A DNA stretch of 27,765 nucleotides from Verrucomicrobiales bacterium (GTDB lineage Bacteria; Verrucomicrobiota; Verrucomicrobiia; Verrucomicrobiales; V1-33). Positions within the stretch are counted from its first letter, which is position 1. Each line of letters begins with the position of its first letter. Location of the stretch: the NCBI GenBank assembly GCA_031411295.1, contig JANOAV010000046.1, positions 1 through 27,765 of the forward strand, given 5' to 3'. The position numbers and the translations under genes are program-made. Under the pieces are notes generated by a model that did not search any database, was not told the DNA's origin, and worked only from the letters and a program-made list of their open reading frames with translations. Of the stretch, positions 17,472 to 26,457 are shown in pieces.

Positions 17472-19274
17472 ATGATTACTCGCAGCAACCCAGCATCGAT
17501 TGGTAGTGGGCTCAGGAAAGTTCTTGGGCTGGTGGTCTTGTTGGCTCTAGGTGCTTGCAGCCCGCCCGCTGAGAAGGCCCGTGAAGCCTTGCTAAAGCGT
17601 GGGATTGCGGTGGATGAGGAGTCCGTGGCCACGGCAGCTGCAGAAGGGCAGATTGCGGTGTTGGAGCTGTTACAGGCGGCCGGGGTAGATCTGGCGAAAC
17701 CGCCCGCCGGCCAGGCTGCGATACCACTAATTACCGCTATTTCCCGTAAATCCGCAGCTATCTCCCTCTTGCTCAAAGCCACCCCGGCCAATCGGATAGA
17801 CCTTCCTGACGCAGTTGGGCGCACCGCCTTAAGTCATGGCCTGAGCGAAGGAGACGATGCGTTGATCTTGCAATTGCTCAGGAAATCGGCTGACCCTGCC
17901 GCGACCAAACACCCGGCCGGTTCTGTGCTGGAGGATGCGATTGTTCAAGCGCGGCCAGTGGTGGTGCGGGCCATGGTTGAGCGCCTGCCGGCGGGAGGGG
18001 CGATGATTCAGGCCGCTTTGGTGACGGCCATCAAGGAAAGAGAGGTGGACACCGTGGCGCTGCTGCTGGACCATCAGGCTTCGGCCAACGCCACCGATGC
18101 CAATGGCGTCAGTGTCCTTGAGCTGGCTGCCGCGGCGGGAGACCTTCCGAATGTTGATCTGCTGGTAAAGGCCGGGGCCACCGTTGACCCGGCCAAAGCG
18201 AAGACGGAGGGGAATCCGTTGCGGCACGCGGTGCAGCGCAACAGTCCGGAAATGGCCCAGCAACTCCTGCGGGCCGGTTGCCTGCCTGACGTAGCCGACA
18301 AGGATGGCGGGACCCCAACCGGATTGGCGGCTACCTTGAAACGCCTCCCGTTGCTCCAGATCTTCCTCGAGCACCAGGCCAGCGCTCAACCCCATTTTCC
18401 CAGCGCGCTCGTAGCCAAGGATTGGGAGGTGTTGGAATTGCTGCTGAAGCACGGAGCAGATGTGAACCAAGTCGATGCAGAAGGCAATCCGCCGCTGGTG
18501 CAGGTGGTCTTGCGCAACGACGTGGAGGCGACGAAATGGCTGCTCGCACACGGTGCCAAGCCAGCCCTGCCTGGCAAGGTGGGGCAGACCGCTTTTGCCC
18601 TGGCGCAGGCGCAGCGACAGATCCCCATCATGGAAGCGTTGTTGGAGGCTGGAGGTAACCCTAACGAGGTTTTTAGTGCGCCCGTCTCCAAAGAATTTCT
18701 TGGCATGATTGATAATGACTATTTCAAAACCTGGCTGCAGAAGGACGAGCAGCTTTCCCCCATGATGCTGGCGGCCAGCCGGGGGGACGTGGAAACCTTG
18801 CGCTTGCTGATGAAATTTGGTGGCAAGCGGGGCAACCAGACTAAAGGGTGGAAACGCTATCCGGTGAACTTCGCCTGTGAGAACAGCCATATTCCAGCCG
18901 CGCAACTCCTGTTGGGGCAGGATCCTGACGGTGATCGTGACGTGCGGGTCGTGGTGTCCCTGTCCAAGCAACAGGCTTGGATCTATCGTGGCAGCGAGGT
19001 GATTCGCAAGACAGGGATTTCCACGGGGAAGTCTGGGTTTTCCACCCCCAGCGGGAAATATGTGATCTCCGACAAGCAAGCCGATTGGAAGAGCACCATT
19101 TATAAAGTGGCCATGCCCTTCTTCATGCGCTTGAGTTGCAAAGACTTCGGCCTGCATGCTGGCGTGGTAACCGGTCGCCCCGCCTCCCACGGCTGCGTCC
19201 GACTCCCCAAAGCAGAGGCCGCTGCCTTCTTCTCCGTCATGCAAATCGGAGACCCCGTCACGATTGTGAATTAG
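17472..19274 (+). CDS. Lipoprotein with ankyrin repeats and C-terminal L,D-transpeptidase (YkuD) domain
   Basis: Lipobox LLALGA/C. Many ankyrin repeats (GRTALSHG, GVSVLELAA, GNPLRHAV, LLKHGADVN, SPMMLAA). YkuD motifs VVVSLSKQ, ISTGK...TPSG, MPFFMRL and GLHAG...ASHGCVRL. Start taken at ATG 17472. Confidence 0.88.
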   Translation: MITRSNPASIGSGLRKVLGLVVLLALGACSPPAEKAREALLKRGIAVDEESVATAAAEGQIAVLELLQAAGVDLAKPPAGQAAIPLITAISRKSAAISLLLKATPANRIDLPDAVGRTALSHGLSEGDDALILQLLRKSADPAATKHPAGSVLEDAIVQARPVVVRAMVERLPAGGAMIQAALVTAIKEREVDTVALLLDHQASANATDANGVSVLELAAAAGDLPNVDLLVKAGATVDPAKAKTEGNPLRHAVQRNSPEMAQQLLRAGCLPDVADKDGGTPTGLAATLKRLPLLQIFLEHQASAQPHFPSALVAKDWEVLELLLKHGADVNQVDAEGNPPLVQVVLRNDVEATKWLLAHGAKPALPGKVGQTAFALAQAQRQIPIMEALLEAGGNPNEVFSAPVSKEFLGMIDNDYFKTWLQKDEQLSPMMLAASRGDVETLRLLMKFGGKRGNQTKGWKRYPVNFACENSHIPAAQLLLGQDPDGDRDVRVVVSLSKQQAWIYRGSEVIRKTGISTGKSGFSTPSGKYVISDKQADWKSTIYKVAMPFFMRLSCKDFGLHAGVVTGRPASHGCVRLPKAEAAAFFSVMQIGDPVTIVN

Positions 19275-19460
19275 TGGGCCGTCTCATTATAGTTGGACGA
19301 GGGGACTTCGAGGGGCAAAATGGACACGTGGTCCTCTTGACTTGGCTTCGAAAATAACAGATATATTCCTTGGCAGATGAGATAAATTCCATTAAACAAC
19401 TAGGCGAGACCATAGCTCAATCTTTTATCGGTTAAACTTCACCATTTTATAAAAATGCTT

Positions 19461-19496
<36 letters not shown>

Positions 19497-19509
19497 TGGA
19501 TCTGTCTTA

Positions 19510-22500
19510 ATGGCTTGGGTTGGCCTCGGTTCCGCTATGGTGACCATACTCCCTGAAATGGCCGTGGCACAGCAAGCGCAGGGGCCTAGCACTGCCCTTC
19601 TTGAGACGGACCCAATTTACCTGCACGGCACGGCTTCTTGGAAAACGGAGCCAGGATTCCTTTATCGGGTGGAACGTTCCAACGACATGCAGCACTGGAT
19701 CAGCCTCCCGGAGACGTATTATGGGATGGGGCAGACGGTATCCCGGCAATTGCATCCAGACTTGAACCCAGAGGTGGCACAGGGGATTAATCCCGCAGCC
19801 CATCCTCCGTTACCTCCAGCGGCTAGCGTTCCCCAGTTTAAAGCGTCCGGGCAGCAAGTCCCATCAATTACTTGGGCTCGTCGCTATCCAGCGTTGGTCC
19901 ATGATCCATTGCTGCCAGCACTCCCGGTGCAGCCACAGCGCGGCTTGGAGGTGATTGTGACGCAGCAGGAGTCTAAGCAGGTGGCGCATAGCTATCGGCA
20001 GTGGGATCTGAAGTTCACGGTGGATGTGCGGAATCGTGGTTCACTGCCGTTGGATCACGTCCAAGTGCAAGTGCCGCCTTTCGCGATGGCGTTTGCCCAA
20101 CTTCCGGGGGTGGGAATTTCAGTCGTTGAACTGGCGAAGCGGGATTTGGGTCCCGGTAGCGTGCCACTGACACTCAACTCGGACTTCAACTGGACCACTT
20201 CCACGAACTTGCTGGACGGATCTACCACCTTGCCCGCTGGGGTTTTGGGAAGTGCGGAATCGCAAATTTCCATTTATTTTACGGTTCGTTTTACCTTTGA
20301 TAGTTTCTATGCCATTCCCCGCACACCGCGCTTTCTCTATGCTGTGGCCTCCGGCGGGACTGGAGGCACGGCGGCTAACTTGGGTGGCACTTGGTCATGG
20401 ACTGATAATCTAAACGATCCATCTGACGACCCTTTGGGCTATCGTTACCATCCGCCAGTTTCCCCGGCCGTCGTTCCTGACGTGGTTTGGGAGGTTTCGG
20501 AAGATCGCTATGCTTGGCTACCGCTGGGGCCTCCGGGGGCGCTCGATGCTTGTCGCGCGACCGCCATTAATTTTTTTGCGACTGGAGAAACGTTCACCCG
20601 TTACTACCAATTAACGCGTTATGCTAATGGCACCTTGGCCACTTGGTATTCTCCAGTCACCCAGACGTTCTTGAGTCAGTGGCTCAGTGAATTGACGATT
20701 CCCAATATTAGCGCCTGGGTCACGATTGATAAATTCTACCCCGCCCCCGGTCCGTATGTCGCGCCACCTCCTGGATTACCAACGTTCGGTGCTCCCACCC
20801 GCCTCCACTTGGATTTCATGTCCATTCAGCGGCCGGAGATCCGGGCGAACAGCAATTATTTGGGCATTCTCCACGAATCTCGCTACGGAGCCGACGGCTT
20901 GGCCGCTTCCACCTTGGTCGGGCAGGTCACCGAGATTCATGACGAGTTCCAGAAACAAGCGGCAGCCCGGGCGCAGAATCCACCCATCACGCCTGGTCCC
21001 ACGAACTTGGCAAATACCGACCACGATCTCACCGTGAAGGGGCGGGATTTCTATCGCGTGAAGCGTTACTGCATCGACTCCAACTTTGATAATATCTTCG
21101 ACTACGAGCAATACCTCACCACGGATGACTGGCGCAGCCTGCAATACACCCCGGAAGGGGTCGTGCAGGCGATGGCGGACTATGCGGCATCCACCGGAAA
21201 AACGGTGCTCATTAATGAATTTTGCCCGCAGAATGACGGGAATTTCGTGGACGCGGGGGGCAATGAATATGACTGGGTGGAACTGTATAATGCGTCTGCT
21301 GTGACGCGGAATCTGGACGGGTGGAGACTAGAGGTGAGGGGTAAAGGGCGGCCTAACACTGAGACTTACACCTTCACCGCTAGCGTTGATTTCCCGGATT
21401 TTAATAAAATTCTGCCTGGACATTACCTGATGGTTTCTTTCAAGACAGGAGCGGCGCAAGTAGCGAGTGCTGCGGGTTACCACGTTGCGAATTTTAGTTT
21501 ATACAACCCAGGTGTGACCATCGTCCTGCGTGACGCTGGAGGAACCAGCAAAGATACCACGGAAGGGCTCACGAACGATCTGAACATTCCGAAGAACAAA
21601 ACGTTCGGACGCTACCTTGACCCCTTCCATGCTAAGAATGTGACTCCAGTAGTCTGGGGGCATTTGGCTACACCAACCCCCGGAGCCTTGAATTCCCCAG
21701 GCTACAAGGATGCACAGCCTTTGGTGACGATTCAGATGGTGGATGCAGCCACCTTGAGTCCCGTCTCTCCAGGCCTTTACTCCCGGGCGGACCACCCACT
21801 ACTCACGTTGCTGCTTACTGCGAACGGAAGCAGTGAACGAATTCATTACACAACGAACGGAGCCGTTCCCACGGCTTGGTCCGCCGTGTATGATCCGGCC
21901 CAGCCACCACAGTTCGACCGCACGGCGGTGATCCGGGCCGTGGCTTTGGGGGAGGATACCCGTCCGCCTGCGGTGGCCACACAGACGTTTCTTTGTAAGG
22001 AATCGGTGCTGGGGGATAGCTCGGTGCCTGCGTTCCCGCCGCAGGCCAGGCCGGAGAGTTACCCGGAATACAGCATGCCGGAGTCTTGGGCGGGATTATC
22101 CAGCGGGGTGCGCATTCCCTATGACGTGAACTCGGTCGTGCTGGGAGCCCACCGGGCAGAACTCATGGCGGCCATGGACACGCTGCCCACGGTGTCTTTG
22201 GTGTGTCCGGTCAATGACTTTTTCGCCACGGACACTGCCGGGATTTACGCTTGTAGCAATAACACGGGTAGTCCTTCGATCGATCCTACCGCACGGCAAT
22301 GGGCACGCGTGGCTTCGCTAGCGTGGTTCGAGCCCGCTGGTTCGGGCAACCAGAATCCCGCACCCGTGGACTTTTCCTTGGAGATTTCTGGTTCCACCAA
22401 TATTAGCTGGTTCCGCACGGAGAAGCACTCGCTTAGTCTTTCGTTTAAGAAGGAGCTGGGGGCTGGGAAATATTTCCCGCAAATTCCGGTGTTCTCTGGG

Positions 22501-23973
22501 CTTGATGCTAATATTACAAAATTCAATTCCTTAATCCTCCGGAACCCCACCTTCGACACGTGGACCATGTCGGACTCACAAGGAAGCACCGCCAAGCCGT
22601 CGTTGGCAACTTATGCGAAGGATCGCTACGCCCGGGCTTCCATGGAGGCATTGGGCTACCCGCAGTTACATTCCCGCTGGGTGCAGGTTTTTATCAACGG
22701 CTTGTATTGGGGGATCTATTTACTTTCCGAGAAAGCAGAAGAGGCTACTTTCCTAACTTGGCAGACTCAAGGATTGCTTGGCCCGGTAGGGCCACCTCCC
22801 GCTGGGATGGTGCCCAATCTCCATTATTACGTTTGGAAGGATTCCGGGGGTTCGGTGGTCGGTGAAGATGTGGCATTGCCTGGTCTTCCCAAGCCTTCGG
22901 AGATCTGGACAGAGTTACTCGAAAATACGGATGCCGTGGGTAAGCCTTGGTATCCCTGGGGAGGAACGGTCGCCTATAACAAAGTGCAGCAGCAGATGGA
23001 TATTCCGGGTTTTATTGATTACACCTTGTTCCACGCCTTCTTTGGCAATTTTGATGCCATGACCAATAATGGGCGCACCTACCTGGGCTTTCCGTCCGAG
23101 GAGATCGCGTTTGTCCGCGGGAAAATTAAGTGGCTATGCTACGACATAGAAGTAGGGGGAGATCCGGCGGCAAAAACGCGGGACTGCTTTGCCAAGTGGT
23201 TCACGGGTGGCGCGTATGGTCTGCCAGGCTATCCCACCCCTGCGGGCCCTCCTGGCACGGAAGCCCGGATCCTGAGTGATCTGCTCGCCCGTCCTGAGTT
23301 CAAACGTCAATTCGCTGAACGTGCCTGGCGGCTTTGCTTGATGCCTGCACCCCTGCGGTTTAGGCCAGAGGACGGCTTTTTTACGGGGGAGGATCCGCAA
23401 GGCAAAGCGCAACTCCGTTTCAAAGCGGAGGCGGATACCTTCACGCCATACGAACTACTTGAAGGATTGCGCTGGGGCAGTGGTTACGGCACCACCAAGG
23501 TTAGCACGCCCTTTTCAAGCGCTGCGGCTAATGTGGATTACATCGTCGGCAGAACGGCCACTGCCACTCTTCCGGCGTTGGAGAGTTTTCTCTATGCGCG
23601 GCGGCCATATTTTGAGCAGCAACTACTCAACCACGGGTTGATCCCAAGCATCCCGATGCCCACCTTGGTTCCGGGCTCCCAAGCTAACACTTGGATTCTC
23701 AGTGCTCCCGCAAATGTCAGCGCTCAGGGGCCATATAATACCGTTTACTACAATACGGATGGCAACTACCCAGGCGACCCTGATTACCTAGCCAGCAATG
23801 TCCCGATCGGCACGCCACTTGCAGCCGGGCAAAGCGTCGTTATTTCCGCCGCCAATGCTTCGTTCCACCTTATGGCTAGAACCCGCCAACTACCTGACGC
23901 GGGACCTCCTCCGGCCGATGATATCGCAACTTGGTCCCTCCTGTTAGATGTTAAACTCCCCGGTCCCCCATGA
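19510..23973 (+). CDS. Large exported CotH-family kinase protein with lamin-tail and Fn3-associated/chitobiase-like domains; true start may be 19455, frameshifted in the SSR
   Basis: Lamin-tail domain VLINEF...DWVELYN...NLDGWRL...PTPGALN. Fn3-associated motif IHYTTNGAVP...IRAVA. CotH-like LPTVSL, KHSLSLSFK, FNSLILRN, VQVFINGLYWGIYLLSEK, GNFDAMTNN and WLCYDIE. A second VYYNTDG..P domain is at the C-terminus. Confidence 0.8.
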   Translation: MAWVGLGSAMVTILPEMAVAQQAQGPSTALLETDPIYLHGTASWKTEPGFLYRVERSNDMQHWISLPETYYGMGQTVSRQLHPDLNPEVAQGINPAAHPPLPPAASVPQFKASGQQVPSITWARRYPALVHDPLLPALPVQPQRGLEVIVTQQESKQVAHSYRQWDLKFTVDVRNRGSLPLDHVQVQVPPFAMAFAQLPGVGISVVELAKRDLGPGSVPLTLNSDFNWTTSTNLLDGSTTLPAGVLGSAESQISIYFTVRFTFDSFYAIPRTPRFLYAVASGGTGGTAANLGGTWSWTDNLNDPSDDPLGYRYHPPVSPAVVPDVVWEVSEDRYAWLPLGPPGALDACRATAINFFATGETFTRYYQLTRYANGTLATWYSPVTQTFLSQWLSELTIPNISAWVTIDKFYPAPGPYVAPPPGLPTFGAPTRLHLDFMSIQRPEIRANSNYLGILHESRYGADGLAASTLVGQVTEIHDEFQKQAAARAQNPPITPGPTNLANTDHDLTVKGRDFYRVKRYCIDSNFDNIFDYEQYLTTDDWRSLQYTPEGVVQAMADYAASTGKTVLINEFCPQNDGNFVDAGGNEYDWVELYNASAVTRNLDGWRLEVRGKGRPNTETYTFTASVDFPDFNKILPGHYLMVSFKTGAAQVASAAGYHVANFSLYNPGVTIVLRDAGGTSKDTTEGLTNDLNIPKNKTFGRYLDPFHAKNVTPVVWGHLATPTPGALNSPGYKDAQPLVTIQMVDAATLSPVSPGLYSRADHPLLTLLLTANGSSERIHYTTNGAVPTAWSAVYDPAQPPQFDRTAVIRAVALGEDTRPPAVATQTFLCKESVLGDSSVPAFPPQARPESYPEYSMPESWAGLSSGVRIPYDVNSVVLGAHRAELMAAMDTLPTVSLVCPVNDFFATDTAGIYACSNNTGSPSIDPTARQWARVASLAWFEPAGSGNQNPAPVDFSLEISGSTNISWFRTEKHSLSLSFKKELGAGKYFPQIPVFSGLDANITKFNSLILRNPTFDTWTMSDSQGSTAKPSLATYAKDRYARASMEALGYPQLHSRWVQVFINGLYWGIYLLSEKAEEATFLTWQTQGLLGPVGPPPAGMVPNLHYYVWKDSGGSVVGEDVALPGLPKPSEIWTELLENTDAVGKPWYPWGGTVAYNKVQQQMDIPGFIDYTLFHAFFGNFDAMTNNGRTYLGFPSEEIAFVRGKIKWLCYDIEVGGDPAAKTRDCFAKWFTGGAYGLPGYPTPAGPPGTEARILSDLLARPEFKRQFAERAWRLCLMPAPLRFRPEDGFFTGEDPQGKAQLRFKAEADTFTPYELLEGLRWGSGYGTTKVSTPFSSAAANVDYIVGRTATATLPALESFLYARRPYFEQQLLNHGLIPSIPMPTLVPGSQANTWILSAPANVSAQGPYNTVYYNTDGNYPGDPDYLASNVPIGTPLAAGQSVVISAANASFHLMARTRQLPDAGPPPADDIATWSLLLDVKLPGPP
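23119..23367 (+). repeat. 249-bp direct repeat, copy 1 (inside the CotH coding region)
   Basis: Ungapped manual alignment with 24713-24961 gives 14 mismatches in 249 nt. Confidence 0.95.
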
Positions 23974-24710
23974 TTATGAAAAAACTAACGCTCCTGATTT
24001 CTTGCCTGCTGGCAGCCCCGTGCTTCAGCGCGGTGGTGGCCACGCCATATACTAAATATCGTTCCTTGGCGGACAGTCCGTGGTATGCCGCTGTGGCGGC
24101 GGGGGATGATCTGGTTTATTCTTACCACGACTACGGCGGGGCCGCGTATCGTCAACCTCGCGTCACCTCCATCCCAGACGGCTACGGGATGTATGAGGAT
24201 TTCGAGGAGTCCGGGACGTTTCCGTGGATGACGGTGTCGAATGAGGATTATTATAGTCGTTCAGTAGATATTGACGACGGTGTCTTGGACTATCAAGGAA
24301 GGGGGCAATCCCTTGGTGTGTATATCCTCCAATTTGGGCTCTCTATTCAATTTACACCTACCGCAACAGGCAGCTTACCAAAATGGTTCGGTTTTGCTTC
24401 CGTGGGAAGTGCTGGAAATCCTTACCTGGAAATACTGGGGGTCGATAACAGCCTTACCACGGTGAGTCTGACATCACTGGTGGCATGGCAGAATACTCCG
24501 GGTCCGATACCTCCTAATAGCATTCGTGATTATTTTGCAGGCTTCATCTCTGACGTAGAGATCCAATCTGTAACGGTTCGGGGGAGCTTACTAATTGACC
24601 ATTTTCAATACGGCTATGGAGCCGGGCCGATACCGGAGCCAAGCGCTGCGCTGCTACTAGGGGCCGGACTGGTTCTTGGTCTGAGCCGCAGAAAACGACG
24701 GGCTTCCTAA
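23970..24710 (+). CDS. PEP-CTERM sorting domain protein
   Basis: Signal peptide MKKLTLLISCLLAAPCFS/A. C-terminus IPEPSAALLLGAGLVLGLSRRKRRAS gives PEP motif + TM + basic tail. ATGA overlap with the CotH stop (alternative ATG at 23976). Confidence 0.92.
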   Translation: MIMKKLTLLISCLLAAPCFSAVVATPYTKYRSLADSPWYAAVAAGDDLVYSYHDYGGAAYRQPRVTSIPDGYGMYEDFEESGTFPWMTVSNEDYYSRSVDIDDGVLDYQGRGQSLGVYILQFGLSIQFTPTATGSLPKWFGFASVGSAGNPYLEILGVDNSLTTVSLTSLVAWQNTPGPIPPNSIRDYFAGFISDVEIQSVTVRGSLLIDHFQYGYGAGPIPEPSAALLLGAGLVLGLSRRKRRAS

Positions 24711-24712
24711 GT

Positions 24713-24973
24713 GGCAAAATGAAATGGCTGTGCTACGACGTAGAAGTAGGGGGAGATCCGGCGGCAAAAACGCGGGACTGCTTTGCCAAGTGGTTCACGG
24801 GTGGCACGTATGGTGTGCCGGGCTGCCCCACCCCTGCGGGCCCTCCCGGCACGGAAGCCAGGATCCTGAGTGATCTGCTCGCCCGTCCTGAGTTCAAACG
24901 CCAATTCGCTGAACGTGCCTGGCGGCTTTGCTTGATGCCTGCACACCTGCGGTTTAGGCCAATTGTTGCTTAA
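24713..24973 (+). pseudogene. Orphan fragment of the CotH gene (direct repeat copy 2, 24713-24961); 84-aa ORF at 24719-24973
   Basis: 94% nucleotide identity to codons 1204-1286 of the CotH ORF. Homology ends abruptly after RFRP and the frame stops three codons later. Confidence 0.8.
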
Positions 24974-25025
24974 ATTTTCAGCAACATCGCATCCAGCCGC
25001 TGCCAGCAGCCGTAAAGTAAAGAGC

Positions 25026-25092
25026 GGCCCAACTGGTCATTCTGGCAGACTCCCCCCTAAAGTCGTCTGCCGAATTCCGATCCAGTTGGGCC
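25026..25092. repeat. Long imperfect inverted repeat / hairpin between convergent genes
   Basis: GGCCCAACTGG (25026-25036) pairs with CCAGTTGGGCC (25082-25092). Inner ATTC(T)GGCAGAC (25039-25050) pairs with GTCTGCCGAAT (25065-25075). The loop is 14 nt. Confidence 0.75.
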
Positions 25093-25213
25093 ACTTTATT
25101 CAACCCCCAGTGTGAAGCAAAATAAATCACTCACACTAGACGGATAAAATCAAAAATGGAAGTTAGTGACAAGCGAAAAGCGACCAAATTTCACCGTTCT
25201 TGCGTAACCGATT

Positions 25214-26143
25214 CTAGCATGAAATTGCAGTCCGCAGTGATTCGGTTAGCCATGGCAGGAATTCTGCCGGAATGGGGGCTTGGAAATTCAGCCGTTCCTG
25301 TGTCACGGGATGCGTGATGCTTAGTTTCCATGCGTGCAGCATCACGCGCGGCACCTCCTGCTGGCGGGCAGGGCGCCCGTAGGTGGCATCGCCCAGTAAC
25401 GGATGCCCCAGATGCTTCAGGTGGACGCGGATTTGATGGGTGCGGCCGGTGTGGAGATGACATTCCACCAACGAGGACATCCCCAACGAGCGCAGGAGCC
25501 GATAATCCGTATGGGCAAATTTCCCCGCTGGCTCCGGGAGCACGGCCATTTTTTGGCGATCATGAGGATTCCGCCCGATCCACGTCTGGATGGTGCCTTC
25601 GGATGGATTGGGGGTTCCCTGAACCACTGCTAGGTAGAATTTATCCGTGGTGCGGCCAGCAAACTGCTCGGTCAGGGCGCGATGCGTTTCGTCATTCCGC
25701 GCCACGATGATGCACCCGCTGGTTTCCTTATCCAAGCGATGCACAATGCCCGGTCGGGCCACTCCACCGATGCTGCTGAGCGGTCCGAACCGGTGCAGCA
25801 GGGCGTTGACCATGGTGCCGGATTCATTGCCCTCCGCTGGGTGCACCACCATGCCACTGGCCTTATTTAATACCGCCAAGTGCGCGTCTTCATACATCAC
25901 ATCCAGGGGTAAATCCTCAGGTTGCGCTTCGGCTGGCTTATCCTCCGGGATCTGCCCGAGAATGACGTCCCCGAAATTGAGATTCCCGCTCGGCTTGACG
26001 GTCTTGCCATTCAGGGTGATGGCGCCCTCCTTAATCAGCGCCTGCACTCGGGCACGAGAAAGATGGGGCAAAGCCTCGACCAGAAATACATCCAAGCGAG
26101 GTTTCCCCGGTGTCTCCACCGTAAATGTGAACGACTCGGCCAT
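25214..26143 (-). CDS. rluD: RluA-family 23S rRNA pseudouridine synthase with S4 domain (RluD-like)
   Basis: S4 domain RLDVFL...SRARVQALIKEG, then YED...LNKASGMVVHP, catalytic GIVHRLDKETSG, LHTGRTHQIRVH, HPLLGDATYG and MLHAWKL. Confidence 0.88.
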   Translation of the reverse strand: MAESFTFTVETPGKPRLDVFLVEALPHLSRARVQALIKEGAITLNGKTVKPSGNLNFGDVILGQIPEDKPAEAQPEDLPLDVMYEDAHLAVLNKASGMVVHPAEGNESGTMVNALLHRFGPLSSIGGVARPGIVHRLDKETSGCIIVARNDETHRALTEQFAGRTTDKFYLAVVQGTPNPSEGTIQTWIGRNPHDRQKMAVLPEPAGKFAHTDYRLLRSLGMSSLVECHLHTGRTHQIRVHLKHLGHPLLGDATYGRPARQQEVPRVMLHAWKLSITHPVTQERLNFQAPIPAEFLPWLTESLRTAISC

Positions 26144-26457
26144 GCCATTCTAGAACGCAGGACGCTCGAACGTGCAATGGCGAATTGCTGCTCCCTTTTG
26201 TGAGGACAGCAAGGAATTGAGCGGTTTATATCGGATGGGGGGGCTTTAAACCGGCTGATCTTGCTAGGTTAGAATATCCATAATTTCAACCCGATTTGCA
26301 ACTAAATACAAAAATTTCTAGATTTTTCTCGCAATTGTAACTAAATGCTGCTAATTTTATCAGAAGCGATTGAAATGATTGCTTACAAACCCTGAATTGT
26401 AGTTTAGAATATCCACTCAACGAAGCCCATTTTCCATTCAACCCACCTCCCAGCGAA

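Noticed and set aside
17829..19244. 471-aa antisense ORF, and similar shadows at 161-985, 6182-7147, 7575-8339, 11337-12224 and 26815-27573
   Set aside because: They lie opposite well-supported genes, have no recognisable motifs, and are expected from high GC3 codon bias.
23119..24961. Diversity-generating retroelement (repeat pair as VR/TR, four-helix bundle as Avd)
   Set aside because: Mismatches are not adenine-specific: 4 have A in copy 2, 4 have A in copy 1 and 6 involve no A. Many adenines are unchanged, there is no reverse transcriptase in the window, and the four-helix-bundle gene is about 19 kb away.
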